A stretch of DNA of 64,000 nt, taken from contig JAZRGN010000002.1 of assembly GCA_045644165.1 (NCBI GenBank), positions 41 through 64,040 on the forward strand, in the 5' to 3' direction. Position numbers and translations under genes: made by a program. Below are positions 43,820 to 53,407 of this stretch, piece after piece. The notes beneath the pieces were generated by a model. That model was given only the letters and a program-made list of their open reading frames with translations. It was not told where the DNA came from and searched no databases. The DNA is from Christensenellaceae bacterium. Lineage in GTDB: Bacteria > Bacillota > Clostridia > Christensenellales > Borkfalkiaceae. Position 1 is the first letter of the stretch. Each line of letters starts with the position of its first letter.

Positions 43820-43853
43820 AGAGAGTTGCATTTTATTGCAACTCTTATTTTTT
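43820..43853 (+). terminator. Rho-independent terminator
   Basis: agagttgca-ttttat-tgcaactct followed by tatttttt. Confidence 0.8.
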
Positions 43854-43864
43854 AAAAAATACTA

Positions 43865-43893
43865 TTGACAAAACAAAAAGAATAGTCTATAGT
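43865..43893 (+). promoter_or_regulatory. Sigma-A-type promoter for mgtC
   Basis: TTGACA-17 nt-TATAGT. Confidence 0.55.
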
Positions 43894-43948
43894 ATATAGA
43901 ACTTGTTATATAAATTTTATATAACTCTTATACGCATCGGAGGATAGA

Positions 43949-44614
43949 ATGAAAATCGAATTTATAGAAATCCTATGGCGTATTGGCCTAGCATTGTTGT
44001 TAGGTGCGTTAATAGGTCTTGAAAGAAACAGAAGAGTAAAAGAGGCTGGCATTAGAACTCACGGTTTAGTGTGCCTTGCTGCATGTATATTCATGCTTTT
44101 ATCTCAGTTTGGTTTTAAACAAGATACTCAATACGACGCTGCTCGTATAGCTTCTCAAACGGTTATGGGGGTTGCTTTCTTAGGGGCTGGAATAATGTAT
44201 TCTAAAGGTGGGGCAATGCAAGGCATCACCACGGCTGCAGGTATTTGGGCAACCGTTGCTATCGGCATGTGTTGTGGCGCAGGTAATCAAGATTTCGTTT
44301 GGATTGGAGTAATTGCTGCTTGTTTAATTATAACCTTCCAATTCTTGTTCCATAGACCTCTTAAATTCTTGGCTCATAAAACTGAAAAACTAGTTAGGGT
44401 AAAATTTTTACAAACGGAAGATTTGGAAATAGACGCTTTTTCCAATTATGGTAAAGTGGTGAGTTATTCTCTAAAAAGAGAGGGCGAATACGTAGTTTGC
44501 AACTGTATTTTATCGCTATTTAACTTAAATGCGTCTAGCGAAACGATTGATAAAATCTTTGCAATTTCTCGCAACATTATTACGGTTGAATTTATGAAGC
44601 TTACGGAAAAATAA
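43949..44614 (+). CDS. mgtC: MgtC/SapB family membrane protein
   Basis: LLGALIGLERNRRVKEAGIRTHGLVCL.., GITTAAGIWATVAIGM. Confidence 0.9.
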   Translation: MKIEFIEILWRIGLALLLGALIGLERNRRVKEAGIRTHGLVCLAACIFMLLSQFGFKQDTQYDAARIASQTVMGVAFLGAGIMYSKGGAMQGITTAAGIWATVAIGMCCGAGNQDFVWIGVIAACLIITFQFLFHRPLKFLAHKTEKLVRVKFLQTEDLEIDAFSNYGKVVSYSLKREGEYVVCNCILSLFNLNASSETIDKIFAISRNIITVEFMKLTEK

Positions 44615-44632
44615 CCTTTCGTAAAACCATAC

Positions 44633-44662
44633 ACGGCTATGCTACTTGCATAGCCGTTTTTA
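44633..44662 (+). terminator. Rho-independent terminator
   Basis: acggctatgc-tactt-gcatagccgt followed by ttttt. Confidence 0.8.
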
Positions 44663-44745
44663 ATTTGTTTGCAAAAAGATTTGCTGTAAAAAACATTGAT
44701 TTTATTATGTTAAAATGATACAATATAAAAAAGGTTAACAAACGA

Positions 44746-45414
44746 ATGTATAAAATTTCTAAAGAATGGGATAGCGTTTTAGAGGGCGAGTTTTCTTGCC
44801 CCGAATACCTAAAATTGAGGGAGTTTCTAAAAAAGGAATACTCTAGTTACGATATCTTCCCAGGGATGTATGATATCTTTAATAGTATGAAAATCACTTC
44901 TTTTAGTGAGATTAAGGTCGTGATAATTGGGCAAGACCCCTATCACGAGCCTGGGCAAGCAATGGGGCTATCTTTTTCCGTTCCTAAAGGCGAAAAAATT
45001 CCCCCATCACTTGTTAACATATATAAGGAAATAACGAACGAAACGGGTGATAGAATGCCTAATCACGGAGACCTAACGGGTTGGGCAGAACAAGGCGTAT
45101 TACTTCTAAATGCAGTATTAACGGTTCGTTCTCACCTCGCAAACTCACATAAAGGCAAGGGTTGGGAATTTTTCACAGACGGAATTATTAAAAAAATATC
45201 TAACCTCAAAAGTGGCGTAGTGTTTTTACTTTGGGGCGCAAACGCAAGGGCGAAAAAATCGTTTATAGACACTTCTAAACACCTCGTTTTAGAATGCGCT
45301 CACCCAAGTCCACTTTCTGCTTATAACGGATTTTTCGGTTGTAACCACTTTGTAAAAACCAACGAATATTTAACTAAAATCGGCAAAAAACCGATAAACT
45401 GGAGCGAGTTATGA
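44746..45414 (+). CDS. ung: Uracil-DNA glycosylase (family 1)
   Basis: VVIIGQDPYH, GVLLLNAVLTV, HPSPLSA. Confidence 0.95.
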   Translation: MYKISKEWDSVLEGEFSCPEYLKLREFLKKEYSSYDIFPGMYDIFNSMKITSFSEIKVVIIGQDPYHEPGQAMGLSFSVPKGEKIPPSLVNIYKEITNETGDRMPNHGDLTGWAEQGVLLLNAVLTVRSHLANSHKGKGWEFFTDGIIKKISNLKSGVVFLLWGANARAKKSFIDTSKHLVLECAHPSPLSAYNGFFGCNHFVKTNEYLTKIGKKPINWSEL

Positions 45415-46619
45415 AGTATATAGTAGTTTTAGGCGACGGAATGGCAGATTATCCACAAAAATCTCTCGGCGAAAAAACGCCGTTACAATTAGCAAACAAG
45501 CCTTTCATAGATAGCCTTGCTAAAAAAGGAATGGTAGGGCTATGCAAAACTATTCCAGAAGGAATGAAGCCTGGTAGCGACGTTGCGAATCTATCCGTTT
45601 TAGGATACGACCCTCACGACTGTTACACGGGGCGTTCTCCGTTGGAGGCGGCAAGCATAGGTATTTCGTTAAAAGATACCGACGTTACGGCAAGGGCTAA
45701 TCTAGTAACCCTTTCAAACGAAGAGGGATACGAAAACAAGAGAATGATAGACTATTCTGCTGGGGAAATTTCTACGGCAGAGGCTAAACAGTTAGTAGAA
45801 TATCTTGCTAAGCATTTAAACAACGAAAAATACAAGTTTTACGCAGGCATAAGTTATCGCCATTGCTTAGTTATAGATAAGGGCATGATTGCAGGAGATT
45901 TAACACCACCTCACGATATAACGGGTAAAACGATTAAGGAATATTTACCAACTTCTAAACAAGGTGGGGAATATTTGGAGTTTATGAAAAAATCATACGA
46001 ACTTCTAAAGGACCACCCAATTAATATTGAAAGGGTAAAGCAAGGTAAAAACCCTGCGAATTCACTTTGGTTTTGGGGAGAAGGAACAAAACCTCAACTT
46101 CAAAACTTTGAAAAAAGATACGGCATAAAAGGTGGCATGATTTCTGCCGTAGACCTACTTAAAGGCATAGCCAAATTAACAGGTTTAAGAAATATAGAGG
46201 TAGAAGGCGCAACGGGTAATTACGATACTAACTTTACAGGCAAAGCCGACGCTTGTATACAAGGGCTTAATTCTGGATTAGATTACATTTATATTCACAT
46301 GGAAGCGCCAGACGAATGTGGGCACCACGGCGACGCTGAACATAAGATTTGGTCTATAGAACAAATTGACCAACAAGTGGTTAAACCTATCGTAGAAGAA
46401 CTAGAGAAAAAAGGCGAGAATTTTAGAATGTTAATTTGTCCAGACCACCCAACTCCACTTTGTTTAATGACGCACGTTAGCGACCCTATTCCGTTTATCT
46501 TATACGACAATAAGGTAAAGCAGTCGGGGGCGACAAGCTATACCGAGCAAGAGGCTAAGTCTACGGGAATATTCATATCCTCTGGCGTAGAATTAATGCA
46601 AAAACTTTTAGGAAAATAA
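45411..46619 (+). CDS. apgM: Cofactor-independent phosphoglycerate mutase, archaeal ApgM type
   Basis: MKYIVVLGDGMADYP.., ..GSDVANLSVLGYDP.., ..HMEAPDECGHHGD.., ..CPDHPTP... Confidence 0.85.
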   Translation: MKYIVVLGDGMADYPQKSLGEKTPLQLANKPFIDSLAKKGMVGLCKTIPEGMKPGSDVANLSVLGYDPHDCYTGRSPLEAASIGISLKDTDVTARANLVTLSNEEGYENKRMIDYSAGEISTAEAKQLVEYLAKHLNNEKYKFYAGISYRHCLVIDKGMIAGDLTPPHDITGKTIKEYLPTSKQGGEYLEFMKKSYELLKDHPINIERVKQGKNPANSLWFWGEGTKPQLQNFEKRYGIKGGMISAVDLLKGIAKLTGLRNIEVEGATGNYDTNFTGKADACIQGLNSGLDYIYIHMEAPDECGHHGDAEHKIWSIEQIDQQVVKPIVEELEKKGENFRMLICPDHPTPLCLMTHVSDPIPFILYDNKVKQSGATSYTEQEAKSTGIFISSGVELMQKLLGK

Positions 46620-46683
46620 ATTTTTAACGAGGCTTTGGCTTTTTAGTCAAAGCCTTATTTTTTAATATTTTTATTTTAGAATA

Positions 46684-46712
46684 GCATATCCACCAAAAAT
46701 CTTTCATATAGT
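46684..46712 (+). promoter_or_regulatory. Possible sigma-E-type (mother-cell) promoter
   Basis: GCATATC-14 nt-CATATAGT, compared with the B. subtilis sigma-E consensus as I recall it (TCATATT-14-CATACAAT). Confidence 0.3.
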
Positions 46713-46741
46713 TAAGCATAAACGAAAAAAGGAGAGATTTT

Positions 46742-47509
46742 ATGGAAGACAAACTTTCTTATGCAAATATGTTAGAAATTCCCGTGGAAACTTGTAGTAT
46801 TAAAAATTCAACCTTTACTAGAAAAAAGACTAAGCCAAAAAAGGTAAATCACGAGGCGATTAAAGAAGAGTTGTTTTCTAAAATCAACTCTATTGAGGGG
46901 GAAGAAAAAGAAGTTCAACCAGTTGAAGAAAATCAACAAGAACAAACCTCCATTATAAAAACCGAACGCAGTTCGACCTTGCGTTCTAAGATATTTAAAA
47001 AGCCTTTCAAGTTGTCGGTAATTGGCGTGCAACTTATGCTTATAGGTGCGTTGGTGCTTACAATCTTGATAACCAATTCCGTTTATCCTAATAGTGGACT
47101 TAACGTGTTCATGCGTGGAATCTTTGGCAACTCTGCCGAACAGGTCGTAGACGAGCGTGAACACCTAGAATTCTCCCCCGTTATTAATACCGACGGCGAA
47201 GTTTCTCTTAAAGACGGCGTGATGACGATAACGGGGGAGGGAAGCGTGTATTCGACCGTTAGTGGCGAAGTTTCTTCTGTGGAAAGACAAAGCGACGGAA
47301 GTTATACGTTAACTATTACTCATAGCCAAAAGTTCAGTTCGGTTTTAACGGGATTAGATATGGTTTACGTTAGCGTGGGAGAGCAAGTTTACAATACTAT
47401 TCCAGTAGGATACGTTAACGATAGCGTTAGTATGTGCTTTAAAAATCAAGACGGTGAAATCATAGACGATTACAGGGTGGTTGAAGACTCGGTCGTATGG
47501 GTAGAGTAA
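46742..47509 (+). CDS. SpoIVFA-like membrane protein with a degenerate LytM/M23-like C-terminal domain
   Basis: Basic N-terminus, one TM helix, and a C-terminal beta-rich domain (..GSVYSTVSGEVSSVERQSDGSYTLTITHSQKFSSVLTGLDMVYVSVGEQV..). It overlaps the start of an M50 protease gene, as in spoIVFA-spoIVFB. Confidence 0.55.
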   Translation: MEDKLSYANMLEIPVETCSIKNSTFTRKKTKPKKVNHEAIKEELFSKINSIEGEEKEVQPVEENQQEQTSIIKTERSSTLRSKIFKKPFKLSVIGVQLMLIGALVLTILITNSVYPNSGLNVFMRGIFGNSAEQVVDEREHLEFSPVINTDGEVSLKDGVMTITGEGSVYSTVSGEVSSVERQSDGSYTLTITHSQKFSSVLTGLDMVYVSVGEQVYNTIPVGYVNDSVSMCFKNQDGEIIDDYRVVEDSVVWVE

Positions 47510-48336
47510 GCGTATCGGTTCATTCACTCTTTATATTCTTCGGCATTTACTATTTAGCAATCGGTAAGGGTTTCGTTTTTTTAATGGTTACTATATGCGC
47601 AATAGTCCACGAGTTAGGGCATTCCCTAGTCGCCGAAAAGAACGGCTACAAACTAGATAAAATCGTGCTAATGCCTTTTGGCGCAGTAGTTAAAGGCGAC
47701 TTCGACGAGGTTAGCGCCAAAGACCAAATAAAAATTGCCCTGGCAGGACCTTTAGTTAATCTTGCCGTGGGCATTTTTTTTGTAGCAGTTTGGTGGATTT
47801 ATCCCGAAACGTATACTTTTACCGACGTTGTGGTGCAAGTTTGCTTTTCCCTTGCGTTAATCAACTTGTTACCAGCATATCCGTTAGACGGTGGGAAAAT
47901 TTTATATGCTTTATTACGTCTAAAAATAAACAAGCAAAAGGCATTATTAATTTCAAAACTTATTGGAACCTTTTTCGGTATATCGCTACTAGGTTTATTC
48001 GTCTTGTCGTGTTTTAGGGTAGTAAACTTTTCTCTTTTGTTTTTTGCGCTTTTCATCATCTTTGGTGCATTGCAAGAAAAGAAGGCTGGAAAGTACGTAA
48101 AACTATTAGCCACTCCAAGTTTGGAAAAACTTAAAAGGGGATTGCCGTTTAAAAAACAAGGCATAGATGCCGGCGCAAGTCTAAAAAAACTCATCTCAAT
48201 TCTAGACCAAGACGCAATAAACGAAGTAGTAGTTTATAAAAACGGCAAAGCTATAGCAACTCTTTCTCAAGAAAATATAGAAAAAACAATACTAAACCAT
48301 TCGATATATGATAAATTGGAAGATATTTTCGCCTAA
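47497..48336 (+). CDS. M50-family site-2 metalloprotease, SpoIVFB-like
   Basis: HELGHSLVA and NLLPAYPLDGGKIL motifs, with a C-terminal CBS-like tail. Confidence 0.8.
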   Translation: MGRVSVSVHSLFIFFGIYYLAIGKGFVFLMVTICAIVHELGHSLVAEKNGYKLDKIVLMPFGAVVKGDFDEVSAKDQIKIALAGPLVNLAVGIFFVAVWWIYPETYTFTDVVVQVCFSLALINLLPAYPLDGGKILYALLRLKINKQKALLISKLIGTFFGISLLGLFVLSCFRVVNFSLLFFALFIIFGALQEKKAGKYVKLLATPSLEKLKRGLPFKKQGIDAGASLKKLISILDQDAINEVVVYKNGKAIATLSQENIEKTILNHSIYDKLEDIFA

Positions 48337-48454
48337 GAAATTGAAAAAAATCACAATATATAGTGGTAGAACGTTTAGACAACACAAGCATATTGAAAAA
48401 GCATAAAAAAACAACAAAAAAGGGGTAAAAACTTTTAAAAAACGTGAAAAAAAC

Positions 48455-48483
48455 TTGACACGGAAAGTTATATTTGTTAAAAT
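48455..48483 (+). promoter_or_regulatory. Sigma-A-type promoter for rpmG-secE-nusG, preceded by phased A-tracts
   Basis: TTGACA-17 nt-TAAAAT. A-runs start at 48396, 48405, 48416, 48427, 48436 and 48447. Confidence 0.65.
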
Positions 48484-48539
48484 AAATTAGCATCTCGAGT
48501 TCGGGGTGTTAATTTTTTGATGTAAAAGAAGGTGTTATT

Positions 48540-48704
48540 ATGGCAGCAAAAGGCGCAAGAGCAAAAATCACGCTCGCTTGCACAGAATGTAAACAAAGAA
48601 ATTACGACACGTTTAAGAACAAAAAGAACGACGCAGAAAGATTAGAAATGCAAAAATACTGCAAATTCTGCAAAAAGCACACTGCTCATAAGGAAGCAAA
48701 ATAA
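48540..48704 (+). CDS. rpmG: 50S ribosomal protein L33 (54 aa; below the ORF-track cut-off)
   Basis: [54 protein letters not shown], with the CxxC..CxxC zinc ribbon and the position before secE. Confidence 0.95.
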   Translation: MAAKGARAKITLACTECKQRNYDTFKNKKNDAERLEMQKYCKFCKKHTAHKEAK

Positions 48705-48747
48705 TAGCTTTCTAATTTTGGTGTATTAAAAATTAAGGGGCAACGTA

Positions 48748-49059
48748 ATGGAAAAAAATAAAACGTTAGACAACGGTGGATTTATTTCTAAGGGCAACGT
48801 AGAAGCTCGTAAGGAAGAAAAGAAACCCGTTAAAAAAACCAACAAAAATAAAAGACCCGGTCTTTTCAAAAGAATTGGCGCTAAAATTAAGGATATCTTC
48901 TCAGAACTTAAAAAGGTTAGCTGGCCTACTTTTGGTAAGGTTCTAAAAGAAACGGGTATCGTTTTAGGTGTTGTTTTAGTATTCTTAGTTGTAATCACTG
49001 GTTTTGACGTTGGCTTAGATGCTTTATTAAAACTAATTACCGGAAACACTAAGGCTTAA
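48748..49059 (+). CDS. secE: Preprotein translocase subunit SecE (long basic N-terminal extension)
   Basis: ..IFSELKKVSWPTFGKVLKETGIVLGVVLVFLVVITGFD... Lies between rpmG and nusG. Confidence 0.9.
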   Translation: MEKNKTLDNGGFISKGNVEARKEEKKPVKKTNKNKRPGLFKRIGAKIKDIFSELKKVSWPTFGKVLKETGIVLGVVLVFLVVITGFDVGLDALLKLITGNTKA

Positions 49060-49073
49060 TCGGGGGTATCTTT

Positions 49074-49619
49074 ATGTCAGCAGAACAAGCAAGATGGTAT
49101 GTAATTCATACCTACTCTGGTTACGAGGCTATGGTTCAAGATAGCCTAGAAAAACTTATAGAAAACAACAATCTACAAGAAAATATTTTTGAAATTCAAG
49201 TTCCAACCGAAGAAACCTTAGAAGAAAAGGCAAGTGGAAAGAAAAAACTCGTTAAGAGAAGAAAATTCCCTTGCTACGTATTCTTAAAAATGATTTATTC
49301 AAACGATATTTGGTATTTGGTTACCAACACTCGTGGCGTAACCGGTTTCGTTGGTCCTCAAGGTAGACCTCTTCCTCTAACCGAAGAAGAAGTTATTAGA
49401 ATGGGACTTACCAAAGAAGTTGTTGAAGTTGATTTCGTTGTTGGAGACGACGTTCAAATTTTAGCAGGTGCACTTGAATCGTTCTGTGGAAAGGTAGTTT
49501 CTCTAAACGACTCAACTCAAAAGGCAATGGTTAACGTAGAAATGTTCGGCAGAAATACCGACGTTGAAGTTGATTACGTTCAATTAAAGAAAGTAACGGT
49601 TGTAGAAAACAAAGATTAA
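49074..49619 (+). CDS. nusG: Transcription termination/antitermination factor NusG
   Basis: WYVIHTYSGYE.., PCYVFLKM.., GFVG.., and a KOW motif. Confidence 0.95.
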   Translation: MSAEQARWYVIHTYSGYEAMVQDSLEKLIENNNLQENIFEIQVPTEETLEEKASGKKKLVKRRKFPCYVFLKMIYSNDIWYLVTNTRGVTGFVGPQGRPLPLTEEEVIRMGLTKEVVEVDFVVGDDVQILAGALESFCGKVVSLNDSTQKAMVNVEMFGRNTDVEVDYVQLKKVTVVENKD

Positions 49620-49716
49620 TTAGTCGCTATTCGGCAATGCCGATGGTATAAACGTGGGAGTTGTGCTAAATTTATGCACTGGCACGACGGTATTACCACA
49701 GTAGGAGGAAACAATT

Positions 49717-50142
49717 ATGGCAAAAAAAGTTACGGCAATAGTTAAATTACAATTGCCTGCAGGCAAGGCAACTCCAGGTCCACCAGTAGGTTCTACCTTA
49801 GGTCCTCACGGAATTAATATTCCAGGATTTACCAAAGAGTTCAACGCTAAAACACAAGACCAGGCTGGTTTGATAATTCCGGTTGTTATGACCATTTATC
49901 AAGACCGTTCATTCACTTTTATCTTGAAGACCCCACCAGCACCAGTTCTTATCAAGAAAGCATGTGGCATTCAAAGCGCAAGTGCTGCTCCAAACAAGAA
50001 CAAGGTTGCTAAGATAACCAAGGCTCAAGTAGAAGAAATCGCAAAAATCAAAATGCCTGACCTTAACGCAAATACTATAGAAAGCGCTATGAGCATGATT
50101 GCCGGCACTGCTAGAAGTATGGGTGTTGAAGTCGTAGATTAA
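49717..50142 (+). CDS. rplK: 50S ribosomal protein L11
   Basis: [26 protein letters not shown]. Confidence 0.97.
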   Translation: MAKKVTAIVKLQLPAGKATPGPPVGSTLGPHGINIPGFTKEFNAKTQDQAGLIIPVVMTIYQDRSFTFILKTPPAPVLIKKACGIQSASAAPNKNKVAKITKAQVEEIAKIKMPDLNANTIESAMSMIAGTARSMGVEVVD

Positions 50143-50194
50143 GGAATATGTGGGAGGGGAGTTTTCCCCGTAATCACCACGGGAGGTAATTATA

Positions 50195-50881
50195 ATGAAA
50201 CACGGAAAAAAATATACAGACAGCCTTAAGGCTTTAGAAACTGCAAAGCTTTACGAAGTTGACGAAGCGTTTGCTAAGGTTATCGAAACTGCTAAGGCTA
50301 AATTCGACGAAACGATTGAACTTCACGTTCGTTTAGGGGTTGACCCAAAACAAGCAGACCAACAAGTTAGAGGCGTTTTAGTTCTTCCTAACGGAACTGG
50401 TAAAGACGTTAAAGTGTTAGTTCTTGCAAAGGGCGAAAAGGCAGACCAAGCTAAAGAAGCTGGCGCAGATTTCGTTGGTGCAGAAGAAATGGTTCAAAAG
50501 ATTCAAACTGAAAACTGGTTTGATTACGACGTTATCATCACGACTCCTGATATGATGGGTCTTGTTGGTAGAATCGGTAAGATTTTAGGTCCTAAAGGCT
50601 TAATGCCAAACCCAAAATCTGGAACTGTTACAATGGACATTGCTAAAGCAATTAAAGACGTTAAAGCAGGTAAAGTTGAATATAGACTTGATAAAACTGC
50701 TATTATTCACTGCGCTATTGGTAAGAAATCATTCGGCGAACAAAAACTAAAAGAAAACTACGAAGCTTTAATCGAAGCAATCGTAAAGGCTAAACCAGCT
50801 GCTGCTAAAGGTCAATACGTTAAAAGCGTATCAATCGCAAGCACCATGGGTCCTGGCGTAAAAATTAACGCTAAAATTTAG
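50195..50881 (+). CDS. rplA: 50S ribosomal protein L1
   Basis: [29 protein letters not shown]. Confidence 0.97.
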   Translation: MKHGKKYTDSLKALETAKLYEVDEAFAKVIETAKAKFDETIELHVRLGVDPKQADQQVRGVLVLPNGTGKDVKVLVLAKGEKADQAKEAGADFVGAEEMVQKIQTENWFDYDVIITTPDMMGLVGRIGKILGPKGLMPNPKSGTVTMDIAKAIKDVKAGKVEYRLDKTAIIHCAIGKKSFGEQKLKENYEALIEAIVKAKPAAAKGQYVKSVSIASTMGPGVKINAKI

Positions 50882-50910
50882 TTGACAAACTACTTTTAAA
50901 GTGGTAAAAT
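50882..50910 (+). promoter_or_regulatory. Sigma-A-type promoter for the rplJ-rplL leader
   Basis: TTGACA-17 nt-TAAAAT, starting 1 nt after the rplA stop. Confidence 0.65.
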
Positions 50911-50916
50911 CAACAA

Positions 50917-51085
50917 GTAAACTAAATAGCCCAAGACAGTAGGTTATTAACTTGTATCATGCAAGACCCACCGAGGCGGATATTCTAACACTAAACATTA
51001 TATATAATATATAAGTAGAGTGTTAAAACTAAGTGCAATTGCGCTCTTGTTTCCGTTTTGGTATGCAAGGGCGTTTCTCATTCTT
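50917..51085 (+). promoter_or_regulatory. L10-leader-type autoregulatory 5' UTR with an attenuator hairpin
   Basis: ~180-nt leader in the position of the Firmicute L10 leader. Stems taacact/agtgtta (~50986-51024) and gcgctcttg/caagggcgt (51041-51074), followed by a U-rich tail. Confidence 0.5.
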
Positions 51086-51100
51086 AAAAGGAGGTAAAAT

Positions 51101-51625
51101 ATGTCAGCAAATTTTGAAGCAAAAAAAGTTGTAGTAGAAGAGATTAAACAAAAAATTCAAGAAGCTAAGTCAGTTGTTTTCGTTAAGTTCAACGGATTAT
51201 CAGTTGCTAACGATACTGAGTTAAGAAGAGAATTTAGAAAGAATAACGTAGAATACAAAGTATTAAAAAACACGTTAATTAGACGTGCGTTCAACGAATT
51301 AGGAGTTACCGAATTTGACGAAGAATTAAGTGGTCCTACTTCTGTTGCATTCGGCACGGATGAAACGGGCGCAGCAAAAGTTATTATCGACGCTTGCAAA
51401 AAGTATGAAGATAAAGTTTCTGTTAAATGCGCTTACGTAGACGGCACTAAAGTTGATGCAAACGGCGTTAAAGCACTTGCAGCAATGCCATCAAAAGAAC
51501 AACTCGTTGCAAAAATGCTTGGTTCATTACAAGCACCTATTGCAAACTTTGTTGGTGTATTATCAGCAATGCCAAGAAGCTTGGTTATTGCTCTTAATGC
51601 AGTTGCAGAAAAAAAGGCTCAGTAA
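51101..51625 (+). CDS. rplJ: 50S ribosomal protein L10
   Basis: KKVVVEEIKQKIQEAKSVVFVKFNGLSVANDTELRREFR. Confidence 0.97.
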   Translation: MSANFEAKKVVVEEIKQKIQEAKSVVFVKFNGLSVANDTELRREFRKNNVEYKVLKNTLIRRAFNELGVTEFDEELSGPTSVAFGTDETGAAKVIIDACKKYEDKVSVKCAYVDGTKVDANGVKALAAMPSKEQLVAKMLGSLQAPIANFVGVLSAMPRSLVIALNAVAEKKAQ

Positions 51626-51685
51626 CCTATATTACTGAAAAAAAATAAAAATTAAAATTAAAAAGGATAATTGGAGGATAGAAAA

Positions 51686-52060
51686 ATGGCAGACATCCAA
51701 AAAATGATTGAAGAAGTAAAAGGTATGACAGTATTAGAACTTAACGAATTAGTTAAGGCTTTAGAAGAAGAATTCGGCGTTAGCGCTGCTGCTCCTGTAG
51801 CAGTTGCTGCTGCTCCTGCAGCTGCTGAAGCAGCTCCTGCAGCTGAAGAAAAGACCGAATTCAACGTAGTTCTTAAAGATGTTGGCGCTAACAAAATCGG
51901 CGTTATCAAAGTAATTAAGGACGTTACTGGTTTAGGTCTTGTTGAATCAAAGGCTCTTGCTGAAAACGGCAAAACCATTAAAGAAAATGTTTCTAAAGAA
52001 GACGCTGATGCTATCGTTGCTAAGTTCAAGGAAGCTGGCGCTACTGTTGTTGCTGAATAA
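51686..52060 (+). CDS. rplL: 50S ribosomal protein L7/L12
   Basis: [37 protein letters not shown]... The ATG at 51686 follows GGAGGA. Confidence 0.97.
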   Translation: MADIQKMIEEVKGMTVLELNELVKALEEEFGVSAAAPVAVAAAPAAAEAAPAAEEKTEFNVVLKDVGANKIGVIKVIKDVTGLGLVESKALAENGKTIKENVSKEDADAIVAKFKEAGATVVAE

Positions 52061-52084
52061 TTTTAGTAAATCGAAACAAACCGA

Positions 52085-52116
52085 AAGACGCTATCAATCG
52101 ATAGCGTCTTTTCTTT
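52085..52116 (+). terminator. Rho-independent terminator after rplL
   Basis: aagacgctatc-aatc-gatagcgtctt followed by ttctttaaa. Confidence 0.8.
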
Positions 52117-52490
52117 AAATCTATATCCTAACAAGTATTTAATTTTAAAAACCGTAAAACCCGTTGCAACTCTTTATTAAATGTCTTGACAAGACGTATA
52201 CTATTCTCTTTGCCATTTGTGTTATTTTGCTTGTGTTTAACAATTTTTAACTAACACTTGCTAATCTATAGATTTTTTAATCTAACTATATTTATTTTAT
52301 AAATAAACACCCACGAAATTTTTCAGTGGGTGTTAAATCTTTAATTAAATTTGACTTATTTGTTTTTTAGATACTCGGTTAATTTATCAAGGAAATTTAC
52401 GGTCATCCCGTCAATGCAATTTTTAGTTATTATCTATGTATTTTGGTAATAGTGGATTGCCCGACTGTGGGCATTGTTAATACATTTGGT

Positions 52491-53315
52491 CTATAATTGT
52501 TCCTTTTTTGTTGGTGAAGTTTTATTTTTCATTTTATAATATCTATAAAAAGACGGGTAGTCCTTAAATCCAGCTCTAGCAGAAGCTTCGCTAAGTGAAA
52601 GTCCTTCGTTTTTTAATTCCATAGCAAGAGTAAGCCTTTTTCTTTTGAGATATTCTAAAACGGTAAGTCCCGTAGTTTTCTTAAAAATTCTACATAGATG
52701 ATATTTACTAATAAAAAATTTATTCGATAATTCGTCAAGAGAAATACTTCTCGTAAAGTTTTTTCCTAGATAATCAATAACTTCCTTTATGGTCTTATTG
52801 GTTTTAAGTGGTTCTTGAAAAAAACGTATTCCGTTAATTATATACAATATTTCAATTAACGTGCTTTTTACTACGGGTTTATCGGTATTTTTGAAGTTTT
52901 CGCTATAATTCATTATGCGATACATTGCGTCTGTAAGTCCTGAAGACTCAGCCGTTTGAGCGTCGATTTTACTGTCTTTAGATGCGTCTAAAAAAGCCTT
53001 TTCGTATTCCAAACAGTTGTTTTCGGCAAAAAATTCAGGATACACGAAAAATACCATGCAATGATATTTCTTAAACGAGTTATGAAAAACCCTGTGCATT
53101 TGGTGCTTTCTAATTATTATTATATCACCTTTTGAAAGCTCGTATCTTCTTCCGTCGACTACGTAATAACAGTCTCCCTCCAAGAACATGTATATTTCAT
53201 ATTCGTGGTGGGAGTGTAACATAACCTTATGCGAGGAGGAGTTTTCCCAATAGTGTTCATCTACTACGTAATTTTTCATAATATTTACCATATACATAAT
53301 ATCACGGAATAGCAA
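52491..53315 (-). CDS. AraC-family transcriptional regulator (cupin sensor + HTH)
   Basis: N-terminal cupin (HSHHEYEIYMFLEGD..) and a C-terminal AraC double HTH (..LDELSNKFFISKYHLCRIFKK..SEASARAGFKDYPSFYRYYK). The start is uncertain (53315 or 53279). Confidence 0.85.
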   Translation of the reverse strand: MLFRDIMYMVNIMKNYVVDEHYWENSSSHKVMLHSHHEYEIYMFLEGDCYYVVDGRRYELSKGDIIIIRKHQMHRVFHNSFKKYHCMVFFVYPEFFAENNCLEYEKAFLDASKDSKIDAQTAESSGLTDAMYRIMNYSENFKNTDKPVVKSTLIEILYIINGIRFFQEPLKTNKTIKEVIDYLGKNFTRSISLDELSNKFFISKYHLCRIFKKTTGLTVLEYLKRKRLTLAMELKNEGLSLSEASARAGFKDYPSFYRYYKMKNKTSPTKKEQL

Positions 53316-53344
53316 TATTTACAATATTTATAGCAATATTTTTA

Positions 53345-53373
53345 TTGAAAGATTGTAAAAATTGTATTATAAT
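53345..53373 (+). promoter_or_regulatory. Sigma-A-type promoter of the sugar-acid-type operon
   Basis: TTGAAA-17 nt-TATAAT. Confidence 0.55.
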
Positions 53374-53407
53374 TTAAAAAATAATAATAATCGAGAGGTG
53401 TATTTAA

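Noticed and set aside
47790-48493. ORFs 47790-48017 (+), 47799-48194 (-) and 48251-48493 (-).
   Set aside because: They are frame or antisense shadows of the M50 protease gene, or they lie in the A-tract promoter region of rpmG. None has an SD.
51658-52029. 123-aa minus-strand ORF (Ala/Ser-rich).
   Set aside because: It is antisense to rplL, generated by the GCT/GCA-rich linker region.
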